Source: Candidatus Nanopusillus acidilobi
Lineage (GTDB): Archaea > Nanobdellota > Nanobdellia > Nanobdellales > Nanobdellaceae
Direction: 5' to 3'
Length of the DNA: 32,000 nt
NCBI GenBank assembly: GCA_001552015.1
Contig: CP010514.1
Span: forward strand, 1 to 32,000
The notes below the pieces were generated by a model, which was not told where the DNA came from, did not search any database, and saw nothing but the letters and a program-made list of their open reading frames with translations. Below are positions 1 to 9,865 of this stretch, piece after piece; position 1 is the stretch's first letter, and every line of letters begins with the position of its first letter. A program made the position numbers and the translations under genes.

Positions 1-35
1 GATATTTTATAAAATTTTTTATAATATAGAATATT

Positions 36-1268
36 ATGATAACAAATTCAATAATAGATTATTTTTTATCGGATTTTGAAAGAATATCCAATAAAAATAA
101 AAATCTTATTGTTGATGGAAGATATTTTGAGGAAGATTATATTCCATATGAAATTAAATTTAGAGATAAAGAAAAAGAAATTATATTATCAAATATAAAT
201 TTATTTTTAAATAGAAATACTGGAAGTAACTTATTTTTATATGGAACTACAGGTACTGGAAAAACATTAATAGCTAGATATTTAAATAAGGGTATATCTT
301 TTTATTCAGCAAAAAATAAACTGAAAGTAAAGGTTGCTTATATAAATTGTAAACAGGTATTATCAGATGATGTAGATTATTATATATTTAAGAGAATATA
401 TGAAGAATTAGCAAATATAAATATAAAAAGTGGAGTTAGAAAGAATGATATGTATGAAAATATATATAAATTTATAATTAATAATGATTATAAATTAATA
501 ATAATATTAGATGAGGTAGATAATATATTTAGAAAGTCAGAAAACACAGAAATATTATATCTATTATTAAGAAACTATGATATAAACTTTTTAAATAGGA
601 TAAGACTAATATTAATTTCTAATTCTCCATCTTTTATATCTCAATTAGATCAAAGAATAAAATCTTCTTTTTCTTCAATAATCCAGGTAAGGTTTTCTCC
701 ATATAATTATTATGAATTGAGGGAAATTCTAAAAGATAGAGCAATAAGAGCACTAAAACCAGGTTCTATATCTGAAGAAGATATAAATTATATATCTGCA
801 AAGGTTTCTAAAGAATTTTCTGGAGATGCCAGGATTGCAATAAATGTATTAAGATTAGCAGCAACAATTGCATATAATAAAAATAAAGAAAAAATAGATA
901 GGGAAGATATAGATGAAGCATTTTCTAGTGTTGATTTAAATATATTTGAGTCTATGGTAAGTACTTTAAATAAAACACAAAAACTAATATTATTGGCTTT
1001 AATAAAAGAACAAATAAAAAATGAAGATTTTGTAACATTTAATAATCTATATGAGGAATATGTAAATTTATCTAATAATTTTGGAATATCCATTTTAGAT
1101 AAAACAGTAGTATATAAAAATTTAAAGAAAATAGAAAGTATATTTGGTGAATTGATTGAATCAAAAATAATATCTAATGGAAAAAATGGTGTAAACAAAG
1201 TAATAAAGATAATATCTGATGCTGATAATCTTAAAAAAATATATGAAAAAATAAAAAAAGATATATGA
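36..1268 (+). CDS. cdc6: Orc1/Cdc6-type replication initiator, AAA+ ATPase
   Basis: Walker A LFLYGTTGTGKT, Walker B IIILDEVDNIF, sensor region and C-terminal winged-helix-like part; 410 aa. Confidence 0.93.
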   Translation: MITNSIIDYFLSDFERISNKNKNLIVDGRYFEEDYIPYEIKFRDKEKEIILSNINLFLNRNTGSNLFLYGTTGTGKTLIARYLNKGISFYSAKNKLKVKVAYINCKQVLSDDVDYYIFKRIYEELANINIKSGVRKNDMYENIYKFIINNDYKLIIILDEVDNIFRKSENTEILYLLLRNYDINFLNRIRLILISNSPSFISQLDQRIKSSFSSIIQVRFSPYNYYELREILKDRAIRALKPGSISEEDINYISAKVSKEFSGDARIAINVLRLAATIAYNKNKEKIDREDIDEAFSSVDLNIFESMVSTLNKTQKLILLALIKEQIKNEDFVTFNNLYEEYVNLSNNFGISILDKTVVYKNLKKIESIFGELIESKIISNGKNGVNKVIKIISDADNLKKIYEKIKKDI

Positions 1269-2917
1269 ATAAGGATGATTTAATAAAATTATTATGGGAA
1301 AATAATATATTTATTGAAAAAAAGGCTTATGATCTTTTAAGCTCTTTAAAAGAGGAGGATTTTGATATTATATTTAAAGAAGCAATTAAAAGTAATATAA
1401 ATAGGATAGATGAAGATTTTATTAATAGAATAATTGGAAAAAATTCTAATAATAATAAAGAAAATGTTGAAAAGAAGGAAAATAATATAAATAAAAAACA
1501 AAATAAGGTAAATATTAAAGATTTTTTTAATATAAAGGAAAACAAACAAAATGTAGAAAAAGAAAGTAATAATGTAATTCTTATAGAAAGTACAAAGAAA
1601 CATATTGGAGAAGAAATTGAATTATCAGTAAAGGAAATGAAGGAAACAAAAGAAATAAATATTCTAAAAAAGTTTGAAATACAAAAGAATAAGCCTGATA
1701 TAATATCATGGATATCATATTATAAGCAAAGATTAGATAAGATAAAGAAAATATTGAGGGAGCATTCTGAAATGAGAGGAATATATCCATTAAATAAGAT
1801 ACCTGAAAATGAGGAAGTTGCAATTGTTGGATTAATATATGATAAAAAAATAACCGAAAAAGGGATAATTTTTGTTATAGAAGATGGAAATAATATTATA
1901 AAAGCTTTTGTAAATAAAGATAATGAAAATATAGATTTTAAAGTAGTTAAAGATATACCATTAGATTCTGTTATTGGTTTAGTTGGTACATATAAAAATA
2001 GAATGTTTTTTGTAAATAATGTAATATTACCTGATGTACCTATAAGAAAACCAAAAACTTTTGGAGAAGATGATGTATATATATTATTTACAGGTGATTG
2101 GCAGATTGGAAATAAATATACATTTTATGATCTATTTGACAGGTTTTTAAAGTTTTTAAATGGAAAAACAGAAAATGAAAAAATAAATGAAATTGCAAGA
2201 AAAATTGGCTATATTATAATTATAGGTGATGTTGCAGATGGTGTAGGTGTTTATCCAGAACAAAAAGAAGAACTAATTTTAAAAACATATGAGGATCAAT
2301 ATAAGAGTTTTGAAGATTATATTTTAAAAATACCTGAAAGTATAAAGACAATTATTATACCAGGAAACCACGATATTCCAAGATTGGCGGAACCTCAACC
2401 AGAATTACCAAGGTCATTATTAAAAGAATCATATTCAATGAAAAATATATATTATTTATCAAATCCATCATATGTAAAAATACATAATTCAATTGTTGGA
2501 TTATTATATCATGGATATGTTCTAGATTGGTTAGTATCGAATATTTCTTTTTTAAGGGAAAGGGGAGGATATGAAAAACCTGGAGAATTAATGAAGTTTA
2601 TGTTAATGTTAAGGTTAATATTCACTTCTCATGGATCGAATCCATATGTTCCATATATAAATGAAGATGCTTCTGTAATAGAAATTGTACCAGATTTCTT
2701 TCATACAGGTCATATACATAGAGCATCTTATGATGAATATAGGGGAATAGATTTAATTAATTCATCTACTTTTCAAGATGTAACCCCATTTCAGAGAGAA
2801 TTGGGTCATAAACCAGAACCAGGTATTTTGTTTTTAAGAAATATAAAGAATGGAGAAGTTTTTGGCATCAATTTATTTAATTTTGAAATAAGGAAGTTAA
2901 GAGATAAAGTTATATAA
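1265..2917 (+). CDS. polB: DNA polymerase II (PolD) small subunit DP1, OB fold plus calcineurin-like phosphoesterase
   Basis: Phosphoesterase motifs TGDWQIG, IIGDVADG, IIPGNHD, HTGHIHR; NHDIPRLAEPQPELPRS is typical of DP1; 4-nt overlap with cdc6. Confidence 0.93.
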   Translation: MNKDDLIKLLWENNIFIEKKAYDLLSSLKEEDFDIIFKEAIKSNINRIDEDFINRIIGKNSNNNKENVEKKENNINKKQNKVNIKDFFNIKENKQNVEKESNNVILIESTKKHIGEEIELSVKEMKETKEINILKKFEIQKNKPDIISWISYYKQRLDKIKKILREHSEMRGIYPLNKIPENEEVAIVGLIYDKKITEKGIIFVIEDGNNIIKAFVNKDNENIDFKVVKDIPLDSVIGLVGTYKNRMFFVNNVILPDVPIRKPKTFGEDDVYILFTGDWQIGNKYTFYDLFDRFLKFLNGKTENEKINEIARKIGYIIIIGDVADGVGVYPEQKEELILKTYEDQYKSFEDYILKIPESIKTIIIPGNHDIPRLAEPQPELPRSLLKESYSMKNIYYLSNPSYVKIHNSIVGLLYHGYVLDWLVSNISFLRERGGYEKPGELMKFMLMLRLIFTSHGSNPYVPYINEDASVIEIVPDFFHTGHIHRASYDEYRGIDLINSSTFQDVTPFQRELGHKPEPGILFLRNIKNGEVFGINLFNFEIRKLRDKVI

Positions 2918-2940
2918 GATATTTATATAATATAATAGGA

Positions 2941-3222
2941 ATGAAAATAAATAAGGAAAGTGAAACTGAAATGGAAATAATATTTGAAAATGATAAGGCA
3001 ACAATATCTATGCTATTAAAGGAAGAATTAGATAAAGATCCAAATGTAATAATTGCAGCTTGGAAGGAAAATCACCCATTAATAAAGGATATTTATTTAT
3101 ATATAAAAACTGATGGAAAGAAAAAACCAAGAGAAGTACTAATAGATGCAATAAAGAGGGCCTTAGATAGGTTAAATGATTTTGAGGAAGAATATAATAA
3201 AATAATTGATGAAATTAAATAA
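2941..3222 (+). CDS. rpoL: DNA-directed RNA polymerase subunit L (Rpb11-like)
   Basis: 93 aa with the Rpb11/RpoL pattern (LLKEEL...NVIIAAWKENHPL...LYIKTDG.KKPREVLIDAIKRALDRL). Confidence 0.8.
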   Translation: MKINKESETEMEIIFENDKATISMLLKEELDKDPNVIIAAWKENHPLIKDIYLYIKTDGKKKPREVLIDAIKRALDRLNDFEEEYNKIIDEIK

Positions 3223-5011
3223 AATAACATTAGATACATCTGTAGTAATTGATGAATATATATCAAAATCATTATTAAATAATAGTATTTCTTTTAACGA
3301 AGTAATAATACCTGTACCTGTAATTGATGAATTACAAGCGCAAGCAAATAAAGGTCTTGAAAAGGGACTTGTTGGTTTAAAGGAATTGCAAAAAATTAGG
3401 GAATTATCTGAAAAGTATAATTATAAAGTAACAGTATTGGGCGAAAAACCGACATTAGAACAAATAAGACTGGCAAAGCATGGATATATAGATTATTTAA
3501 TTATTAAAATTGCAAGAGATACAGGATCTACATTATTAACATCAGATAGAATATTATATGAGACTGCAAAAGTATATAATGTTGATTGTTTATTTATTGA
3601 AAAGGAAGGTGTTTCAACAGAAAATCCCCCATTTTTAGATTTATTTACTGATGATACAATATCTGTTCACATTATTGAAAATACAAAGGTAAAAAGAAAA
3701 AGGGGAAAACCTGGTGAGTGGTATTTAGAAGAAATAGATAAAATATATGGAAATAAGGATATAGAAGATCTAATTGATAAAATAATATATATTGCTAGAA
3801 ATAGGAGGGATTCTTTTATAGAACAAGAAAGAAAGAATAGTTTAATTATTCAATTGGGAATTTTTAGAATTGTAATTGTAAAACCACCATTATCAGATTC
3901 ATATGAAATAACAATTGTAAAGCCATCAAAAATATTAAGAATAGAAGATTATAATTTAAATGAAAAAATAATTGAAAGACTAAAAGAAAAATCTGAAGGA
4001 ATTATAATTGTTGGAAAACCAGGTTCTGGAAAGACAACTTTTGCTCAGGCTCTTGCAGAATATTATTTAAGTATGAAAAAGATTGTTAAAACCATAGAAT
4101 CTCCAAGAGATTTGATATTGTCTCCAGATATTGTTCAATATTCAAAAAATTATTCTACTGATGAAGAAATACATAACATATTATTATTATCAAGACCTGA
4201 TTATGTAATATTTGATGAAATGAGAGATACTAGAGACTTTAAATTATATATAGATTTAAGATTGGCAGGAATTGGAATGATAGGTGTTGCTCATGCTGAA
4301 AGACCAATAGATATTGTTCATAGATTATTATCAAGGACAGAACTTGGTTTAATTCCTCAAATAATTGATACAATAATATATATAAATAGAGGACAGGTTG
4401 AGAAAGTATATTATCTAAATTTAACTGTTAAAATTCCACATGGTTTAAAAGAAGAAGATTTAGCAAGACCAGTTGTTGAGGTAAGAGATTTTCTAACAAA
4501 TGAATTAGAATATGAAATATATACATTTGGAGAGGAAATAATGATTGTTCCAATTAAAAAATATAGATTAAAATCTGGAATTCAAAGATTTTTAGAAGAT
4601 TTATTAAATATGGATTATAGAAGAAGATATAATAATATTTATTTGGAAGTTTTAGATGATAGAATAATATTTTATATTCCAAGAGAACTTAAGAGAAAAT
4701 TTATTAGAAATGAGAAAAGATATTTGATGAGTATAAGAGACAAATATAATTTAAGAATTGAAATAAAAAATGCTGAAAAGCTAAATGAAAGCATAAATTT
4801 TGATTATGAAATATCGAAGGATTATCTTACAATAATGTTTAGCAATTTATTTAAGAAAAAGGAAGTAGAATTATACATAAATGAAAATTTAATTGGAAAA
4901 TTTAAGATAAATAAAAAGGGAAAAATTATTTTAGATCTAAATTCGGAAATAGGGCAGAAAATATTAGAAGCCATAAATAATAAAAGTAAGATAGAATTTA
5001 AATTAGTATGA
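3209..5011 (+). CDS. PIN domain / PilT-VirB11-type ATPase fusion protein
   Basis: N-terminal PIN motifs (LDTSVVIDEY, TLLTSDRILYE), Walker A VGKPGSGKTTFAQ, VIFDEMRDTRDF. The track start at 3206 is a TTG immediately before this ATG; overlaps rpoL. Confidence 0.88.
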   Translation: MKLNKITLDTSVVIDEYISKSLLNNSISFNEVIIPVPVIDELQAQANKGLEKGLVGLKELQKIRELSEKYNYKVTVLGEKPTLEQIRLAKHGYIDYLIIKIARDTGSTLLTSDRILYETAKVYNVDCLFIEKEGVSTENPPFLDLFTDDTISVHIIENTKVKRKRGKPGEWYLEEIDKIYGNKDIEDLIDKIIYIARNRRDSFIEQERKNSLIIQLGIFRIVIVKPPLSDSYEITIVKPSKILRIEDYNLNEKIIERLKEKSEGIIIVGKPGSGKTTFAQALAEYYLSMKKIVKTIESPRDLILSPDIVQYSKNYSTDEEIHNILLLSRPDYVIFDEMRDTRDFKLYIDLRLAGIGMIGVAHAERPIDIVHRLLSRTELGLIPQIIDTIIYINRGQVEKVYYLNLTVKIPHGLKEEDLARPVVEVRDFLTNELEYEIYTFGEEIMIVPIKKYRLKSGIQRFLEDLLNMDYRRRYNNIYLEVLDDRIIFYIPRELKRKFIRNEKRYLMSIRDKYNLRIEIKNAEKLNESINFDYEISKDYLTIMFSNLFKKKEVELYINENLIGKFKINKKGKIILDLNSEIGQKILEAINNKSKIEFKLV

Positions 5012-6765
5012 AAAGAATTGCTGTAATTGATAGGGATAGGTGTAAAGCTCCTGAAAAATGTGATTATTTATGTATGAAAGTATGTCCTGTTCAAAAGAAT
5101 AATTTAAAAATATTTAATATTTTACAAGATAAAAAACCATCTATTGATGAATCTTTATGTATTGGATGTGGAATATGTGTAAAGAAATGTCCATTTAATG
5201 CAATAATAATTATAAACTTAACAAGGGAACCTGAAGCAAAACCTGTATTTCAATATGGTCCAAATACATTTAGATTATATAGATTACCAATAATTAAGGA
5301 AGGAAAAGTTGTTGGGATAATTGGAAGGAATGGAATGGGTAAAAGTACAGCAATAAATATAATAGCTGGTTTATTAAAACCAAATTTTGGTGATTTTAAT
5401 AAAAAATATGATGATAAAGAAATTATAAGAGAATTTAGGGGTTCTGAACTTCAATTATATTTTGAAAAATTATATAATAATAAAATAATAATCTCATATA
5501 AACCACAGAATATTACACAAATAAAAAATATGCTAAAAGATAAAACGGTTAGGGAATTTTTATCAAAAGTTATAAATAATTTAGATGAAGTATCAAAAAA
5601 ATTTGAAATAGAAAATATATTAGATAGAAAAATTGGAGATTTATCTGGAGGAGAATTTCAGAAAGTATTATATATATATTCTGTATATAAGGAACATAAT
5701 TTATTATTAATTGATGAGGTTACAAATTACTTAGATATATATGAAAGATTGAGAATATTAAATAATTTAAATGAAATAAAGGAAAAAGATACAATATTGA
5801 TAATAGATCATGATTTATTATTTTTAGATTCAATTTCTGATATAATACATATTGTTTATGGAGTACAAAAGGCATATGGTGCTTTTTCATATCCTGTTGG
5901 ATCAAAGGAAGGTATAAATCAATATTTAAATGGATTTATAAAGAGAGAAAATTTAAAAATAAGGGATAAACCGATAAGATTGGATGTAAAAAGTTATACT
6001 GATGTAAAACTTGGAAAAAAGATTGTTGAATGGGGAAATATTATAGTAAATTTAGATAATTTTAGGCTTGAAGCAAATCCTGGATATATAAGGGAAAATG
6101 AAATAATAGGAGTAATTGGAAGAAATGGGATTGGAAAAAGTACTTTTGTAAAAACTTTAGCTGGAGAAATAAAATATGAAGGAAATATATCAAAAAATTT
6201 AACAATATCATATAAACCTCAATTTTATGATTTATCGAATTATAATATAACTGTAGATCAATTTTTGAAGAGTTTTAATGAAAAATATAAAGAAGAATAT
6301 AAAGAATATTTATCAATTTTAAATATTTCTGATCTATTAGATAGAGAAGTTAATACATTATCTGGAGGAGAATTACAGACAGTATATACTTTTGGTACAT
6401 TAATAAAAGATGCAGATTTATATTTAATAGATGAACCATTTGCAAATTTAGATATAGAACAAAGATTGGTTTTATCAAAATTTATAAGGGATATAATAAA
6501 AATTAGAGGGAAAGCTTGTTTAATTGTAGATCATGATTTAATATTCTTGAATTGGGTTTCTGATAGAATTTTGGTATTTGCAGGAGAACCTGGTAAATAT
6601 GGAAAAGCTCTTGGTATATATGAAAATAAGGAGGGATTAAATATATTTCTAAAACAATTAGATATAACAATGAGAACTGATGAGGAAACAAAAAGACCAA
6701 GAATTAATAAACAAAATAGTAGATTAGACCTTATACAAAAACAAAAAGGAATATATTACGAATAA
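5008..6765 (+). CDS. abce1: Ribosome recycling ATPase ABCE1/Rli1
   Basis: N-terminal Fe-S clusters (CKAPEKCDYLCMKVCPVQ; CIGCGICVKKCPFNAI), two ABC domains (GRNGMGKST, GRNGIGKST), signatures LSGGEFQK and LSGGELQT. Confidence 0.97.
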   Translation: MKRIAVIDRDRCKAPEKCDYLCMKVCPVQKNNLKIFNILQDKKPSIDESLCIGCGICVKKCPFNAIIIINLTREPEAKPVFQYGPNTFRLYRLPIIKEGKVVGIIGRNGMGKSTAINIIAGLLKPNFGDFNKKYDDKEIIREFRGSELQLYFEKLYNNKIIISYKPQNITQIKNMLKDKTVREFLSKVINNLDEVSKKFEIENILDRKIGDLSGGEFQKVLYIYSVYKEHNLLLIDEVTNYLDIYERLRILNNLNEIKEKDTILIIDHDLLFLDSISDIIHIVYGVQKAYGAFSYPVGSKEGINQYLNGFIKRENLKIRDKPIRLDVKSYTDVKLGKKIVEWGNIIVNLDNFRLEANPGYIRENEIIGVIGRNGIGKSTFVKTLAGEIKYEGNISKNLTISYKPQFYDLSNYNITVDQFLKSFNEKYKEEYKEYLSILNISDLLDREVNTLSGGELQTVYTFGTLIKDADLYLIDEPFANLDIEQRLVLSKFIRDIIKIRGKACLIVDHDLIFLNWVSDRILVFAGEPGKYGKALGIYENKEGLNIFLKQLDITMRTDEETKRPRINKQNSRLDLIQKQKGIYYE

Positions 6766-6766
6766 C

Positions 6767-6922
6767 CTATTCTGACTTAACAAATACGTATACCGTTCCT
6801 CCGCAATATGGACAGGTTCCCTTTATTGCTGTTCTTCCGTTTTTCAATGTAATCTTTTGTGGATTTTGTACTGGTACTTTTTTCTTACATCTGACGCAAT
6901 ATGCCATATATTGTTCTGCCAT
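6767..6922 (-). CDS. Small zinc-ribbon-like protein (DUF5679-like), 51 aa
   Basis: Manual translation: MAEQYMAYCVRCKKKVPVQNPQKITLKNGRTAIKGTCPYCGGTVYVFVKSE*. Two CxxC pairs; below the ORF-track cutoff. Confidence 0.85.
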   Translation of the reverse strand: MAEQYMAYCVRCKKKVPVQNPQKITLKNGRTAIKGTCPYCGGTVYVFVKSE

Positions 6923-7015
6923 TAATAATCTTTACTGAAAAAATTTATATATTTATTGGGTAAATATATCAATTTTAAAAAAAGAAATTTTATAAAAAAT
7001 AAAAGGAAAAATTAT

Positions 7016-8026
7016 TTATTTGTTCTCTAAATATTTATCATCTATATTAATAATTAAATGTTTATTGTCCTTTTTAATATCTATATTAATATTAATTTCT
7101 CTAAATTTTTCTATTATATTATTTATGTCATAGTCTTTAAATATCCATGAATATATATTTAAAAATTCACCAATTTTCTCTAATTTATTAATTTCTTTAT
7201 TAATATCTTCTAAATACTTTTTTTGCTCTTCTATTATTTTTTTTATCTTTTCTTTTTCTTCATTTAATTTCTTTATTCTTTTATTTTCTCTGCTATTTAA
7301 ATAAAGATTTATGAAATATTTGTTAATATCTTCAATAATATTCCCATTTTCATCTATTATAACTTTTAAGTTTATTATATCATTATAAATGCTATATATT
7401 TTTTCTATTTCTTCTTTATTTAATTCTTTTGGGCTTTTATTTTTATCAATATTTAATTTTTTTAATATATATTCAGCATATTTTCCTCCTAATGATAAAT
7501 CTATTGCTAAAAATCTTACAACATCTTTTTTATTTGTATTATTTATTTTTTCAAAAAATTCATTTATATTATTTATAATGTTTACGGAACCTGGTGGTTT
7601 TGTATATTTTTCATTTCTAAATATTTTTCTTACTCCAAAGTTTTTATATTGATTTGCATATAGAATTGTATCATTATAATCTGTTATAATTAATAATCCA
7701 TTTGGAAATAATTCTACATATATCTTTTTTTCATTATTTTTTATTATAATAATTTTATCATTGTTATCAATTTCAATATTTATTCTTGTCTCATTAAAAT
7801 CCTTCCTTAATTTTAATATAAAATTATTTGTTTCTTCTCTTTCTTTAACATTATATAAAAAAATAATTTTTCCTGGAATTATATATAAAAATTTATTTTC
7901 CAAACCTGGTTTATATAATTCAAAAACAACTCCATCTTCAATATTATATATATTTTTTACTATAGAATTATTTATTTTTTCAGCATTCTCATTATACCAT
8001 TTCTTTAATTCAAAATAATTTATCAT
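7016..8026 (-). CDS. NFACT/RqcH (Rqc2) N-terminal part plus coiled coil, lacking the C-terminal NFACT-R domain
   Basis: LFPNGLLIITD, GVRKIFRNEKYTKPPG, VRFLAIDLSLGGKYAEYIL match the archaeal NFACT-N pattern; ends after the coiled coil at 336 aa. Confidence 0.75.
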   Translation of the reverse strand: MINYFELKKWYNENAEKINNSIVKNIYNIEDGVVFELYKPGLENKFLYIIPGKIIFLYNVKEREETNNFILKLRKDFNETRINIEIDNNDKIIIIKNNEKKIYVELFPNGLLIITDYNDTILYANQYKNFGVRKIFRNEKYTKPPGSVNIINNINEFFEKINNTNKKDVVRFLAIDLSLGGKYAEYILKKLNIDKNKSPKELNKEEIEKIYSIYNDIINLKVIIDENGNIIEDINKYFINLYLNSRENKRIKKLNEEKEKIKKIIEEQKKYLEDINKEINKLEKIGEFLNIYSWIFKDYDINNIIEKFREININIDIKKDNKHLIINIDDKYLENK

Positions 8027-8030
8027 TATA

Positions 8031-9758
8031 TTAAATTTTCTTACCTATTAATATATATTTATTATATAATCTTTTATGTGATATTATTAATAATGTCTTT
8101 ATATTATGATATTCAAGTAATTCTCTTATTTTTTTAATTTCTTCTTCAATATCTTTTCTTTCTAAAAAGTCTGCATATGTTATTGATATTAAATATCCAT
8201 TATTTTTCAATGTTCTATATATATTTTTTACAAATTTATTTTTATCTATAATGAATTTTAATGTTTCATATATAATTATTAAATCAATGTTATTATAAAA
8301 TATTTTTGGAATTTCATCTTTTTTTGCAATGTATACAAAAAAATTATTCAGGTTTTTTGTCTTTTTCTGTAATTTTCTTACAATTTTTTGTGATATATCT
8401 AAGGCATAAACTTTTACATTATATCTTTTTGCTATATTTATAGATATATCACCAAGATATGGGCCAAAATCCAATATTTTATATCCATCTTTTATATAAT
8501 ATTCAACTATCTTTATATCTTCTTTATATCTTATTTTTCTAATTATAGATGAAAGGAAATATAATTTGGAAAAATAGAACTTTATGAATTTTGTATTTTT
8601 CTTCCATGTTATTTTTAATGTTACTGTTAATATAGAAATAGATATTAAAAAAGTTATTATAATTGCATATATATTATTTAGGAAATCATATAATAATAGA
8701 TAAGATAAAGTTGTCATCGAAAAAACAGCAATAAATATTTTTATTAATCTCCATTTATGTAAATTTTTTCCTTCTACCTTGATTTTTATATAAGATACTA
8801 TATATAGTATGTATATAATAATTGTAAAGGATATAAAAAATGATAATAAATAATTAAAATTATTCAAAAATAAAAATATTAAAATAATAAATGTAGATAA
8901 AAATATATTAAAGATTGGAGAATCTCTATTGTTCTTCATTCTAAAGAAATATGGTAATAATTTCTTTTCTGATATATTTTCTAATATTTTATTTGCAGTA
9001 TAAAACCATATATATGTAGAATATATACTAATTGGCAAAAATAGTAGAAGAACTATACTACCAATATTTTTTATTTTGATATTTAGTAAACTTATATATA
9101 ATAATATAGAAATTATTGAGAGAAGTATTGTCCCATAAAAAGTAGCATTTCCAGTTTTTCTATTATTCGAATAATTAGAATAATATGTAAGTATATCTAA
9201 ACCAGAAAATATTGATGTATTATATGATATTGTAAATAAAAAAGGATTTATTGAATTGTATTGAATATTTATATTTATTGGAAATATAAAAAGAAAAATT
9301 AAAATAATAGAATATATAATGGAAATATATGAAATAATCTCCTGTAATTTACTTTCAATATCTATGTTAAATAGATTAAATATAATGAATGAAAAAATCA
9401 TTATATATGATATTGTAAATAAAAAGGGATTTATCTTTGATAAGAAATTGTTTATCAATAGTAATTCTGAAGAAATAAATGATATTATTGACAAGTAATA
9501 AAAGAATCCAAAAGTTGGTAATAAATACTTTGAAAGTTTGGATATATAGTGAAATATTCCTAAAGGATTTGGATCTCTTGTTATAGAATCTCTAAATAAA
9601 TATGACAATAAAATAAATGTTAAAATGATCGGAGTTGAAGATATTAAAAAATATTGGATACTTATATATTGATTATTCATTAATAATATAAGAAAAGGTA
9701 TTTCAGGAACTATAACAGAGGATAAGAATAATACTATATAGTAAGAGAGCTTTTTCAT
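8031..9758 (-). CDS. Two-domain protein: N-terminal polytopic membrane domain (APC permease-like) and C-terminal class I SAM-dependent methyltransferase
   Basis: About 11-12 hydrophobic segments, then YKILDFGPYLGDISINIAKRYNVKVYALDIS (motif I/II) and NNIDLIIIYETLKFI...LKNNGYLI. Confidence 0.7.
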   Translation of the reverse strand: MKKLSYYIVLFLSSVIVPEIPFLILLMNNQYISIQYFLISSTPIILTFILLSYLFRDSITRDPNPLGIFHYISKLSKYLLPTFGFFYYLSIISFISSELLLINNFLSKINPFLFTISYIMIFSFIIFNLFNIDIESKLQEIISYISIIYSIILIFLFIFPININIQYNSINPFLFTISYNTSIFSGLDILTYYSNYSNNRKTGNATFYGTILLSIISILLYISLLNIKIKNIGSIVLLLFLPISIYSTYIWFYTANKILENISEKKLLPYFFRMKNNRDSPIFNIFLSTFIILIFLFLNNFNYLLSFFISFTIIIYILYIVSYIKIKVEGKNLHKWRLIKIFIAVFSMTTLSYLLLYDFLNNIYAIIITFLISISILTVTLKITWKKNTKFIKFYFSKLYFLSSIIRKIRYKEDIKIVEYYIKDGYKILDFGPYLGDISINIAKRYNVKVYALDISQKIVRKLQKKTKNLNNFFVYIAKKDEIPKIFYNNIDLIIIYETLKFIIDKNKFVKNIYRTLKNNGYLISITYADFLERKDIEEEIKKIRELLEYHNIKTLLIISHKRLYNKYILIGKKI

Positions 9759-9865
9759 TTATATAATGACTACATTGATAAATATAGGAATAAACAGGTT
9801 GGAAATATAAAAATTTATAATAAATATTCAGTATCCTATATAAGTGGTAAAAATAATATATACCA

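Noticed and set aside
788-1198. Antisense ORF 136 aa opposite cdc6
   Set aside because: Opposite strand of a confident Orc1/Cdc6 gene; Ser/Phe/Ile-rich translation typical of antisense AT-rich archaeal genes.
1327-1823. Antisense ORFs inside the DP1 gene (1327-1545, 1346-1603, 1581-1823)
   Set aside because: All lie within polB and are low-complexity Phe/Ile/Leu translations.
5720-6700. Antisense ORFs inside abce1
   Set aside because: Overlap a highly conserved gene; low-complexity Leu/Phe/His content.
7389-8018. Plus-strand ORFs opposite the NFACT-like gene
   Set aside because: The minus-strand frame has recognisable NFACT motifs; the plus-strand frames are F/S/I-rich artefacts.
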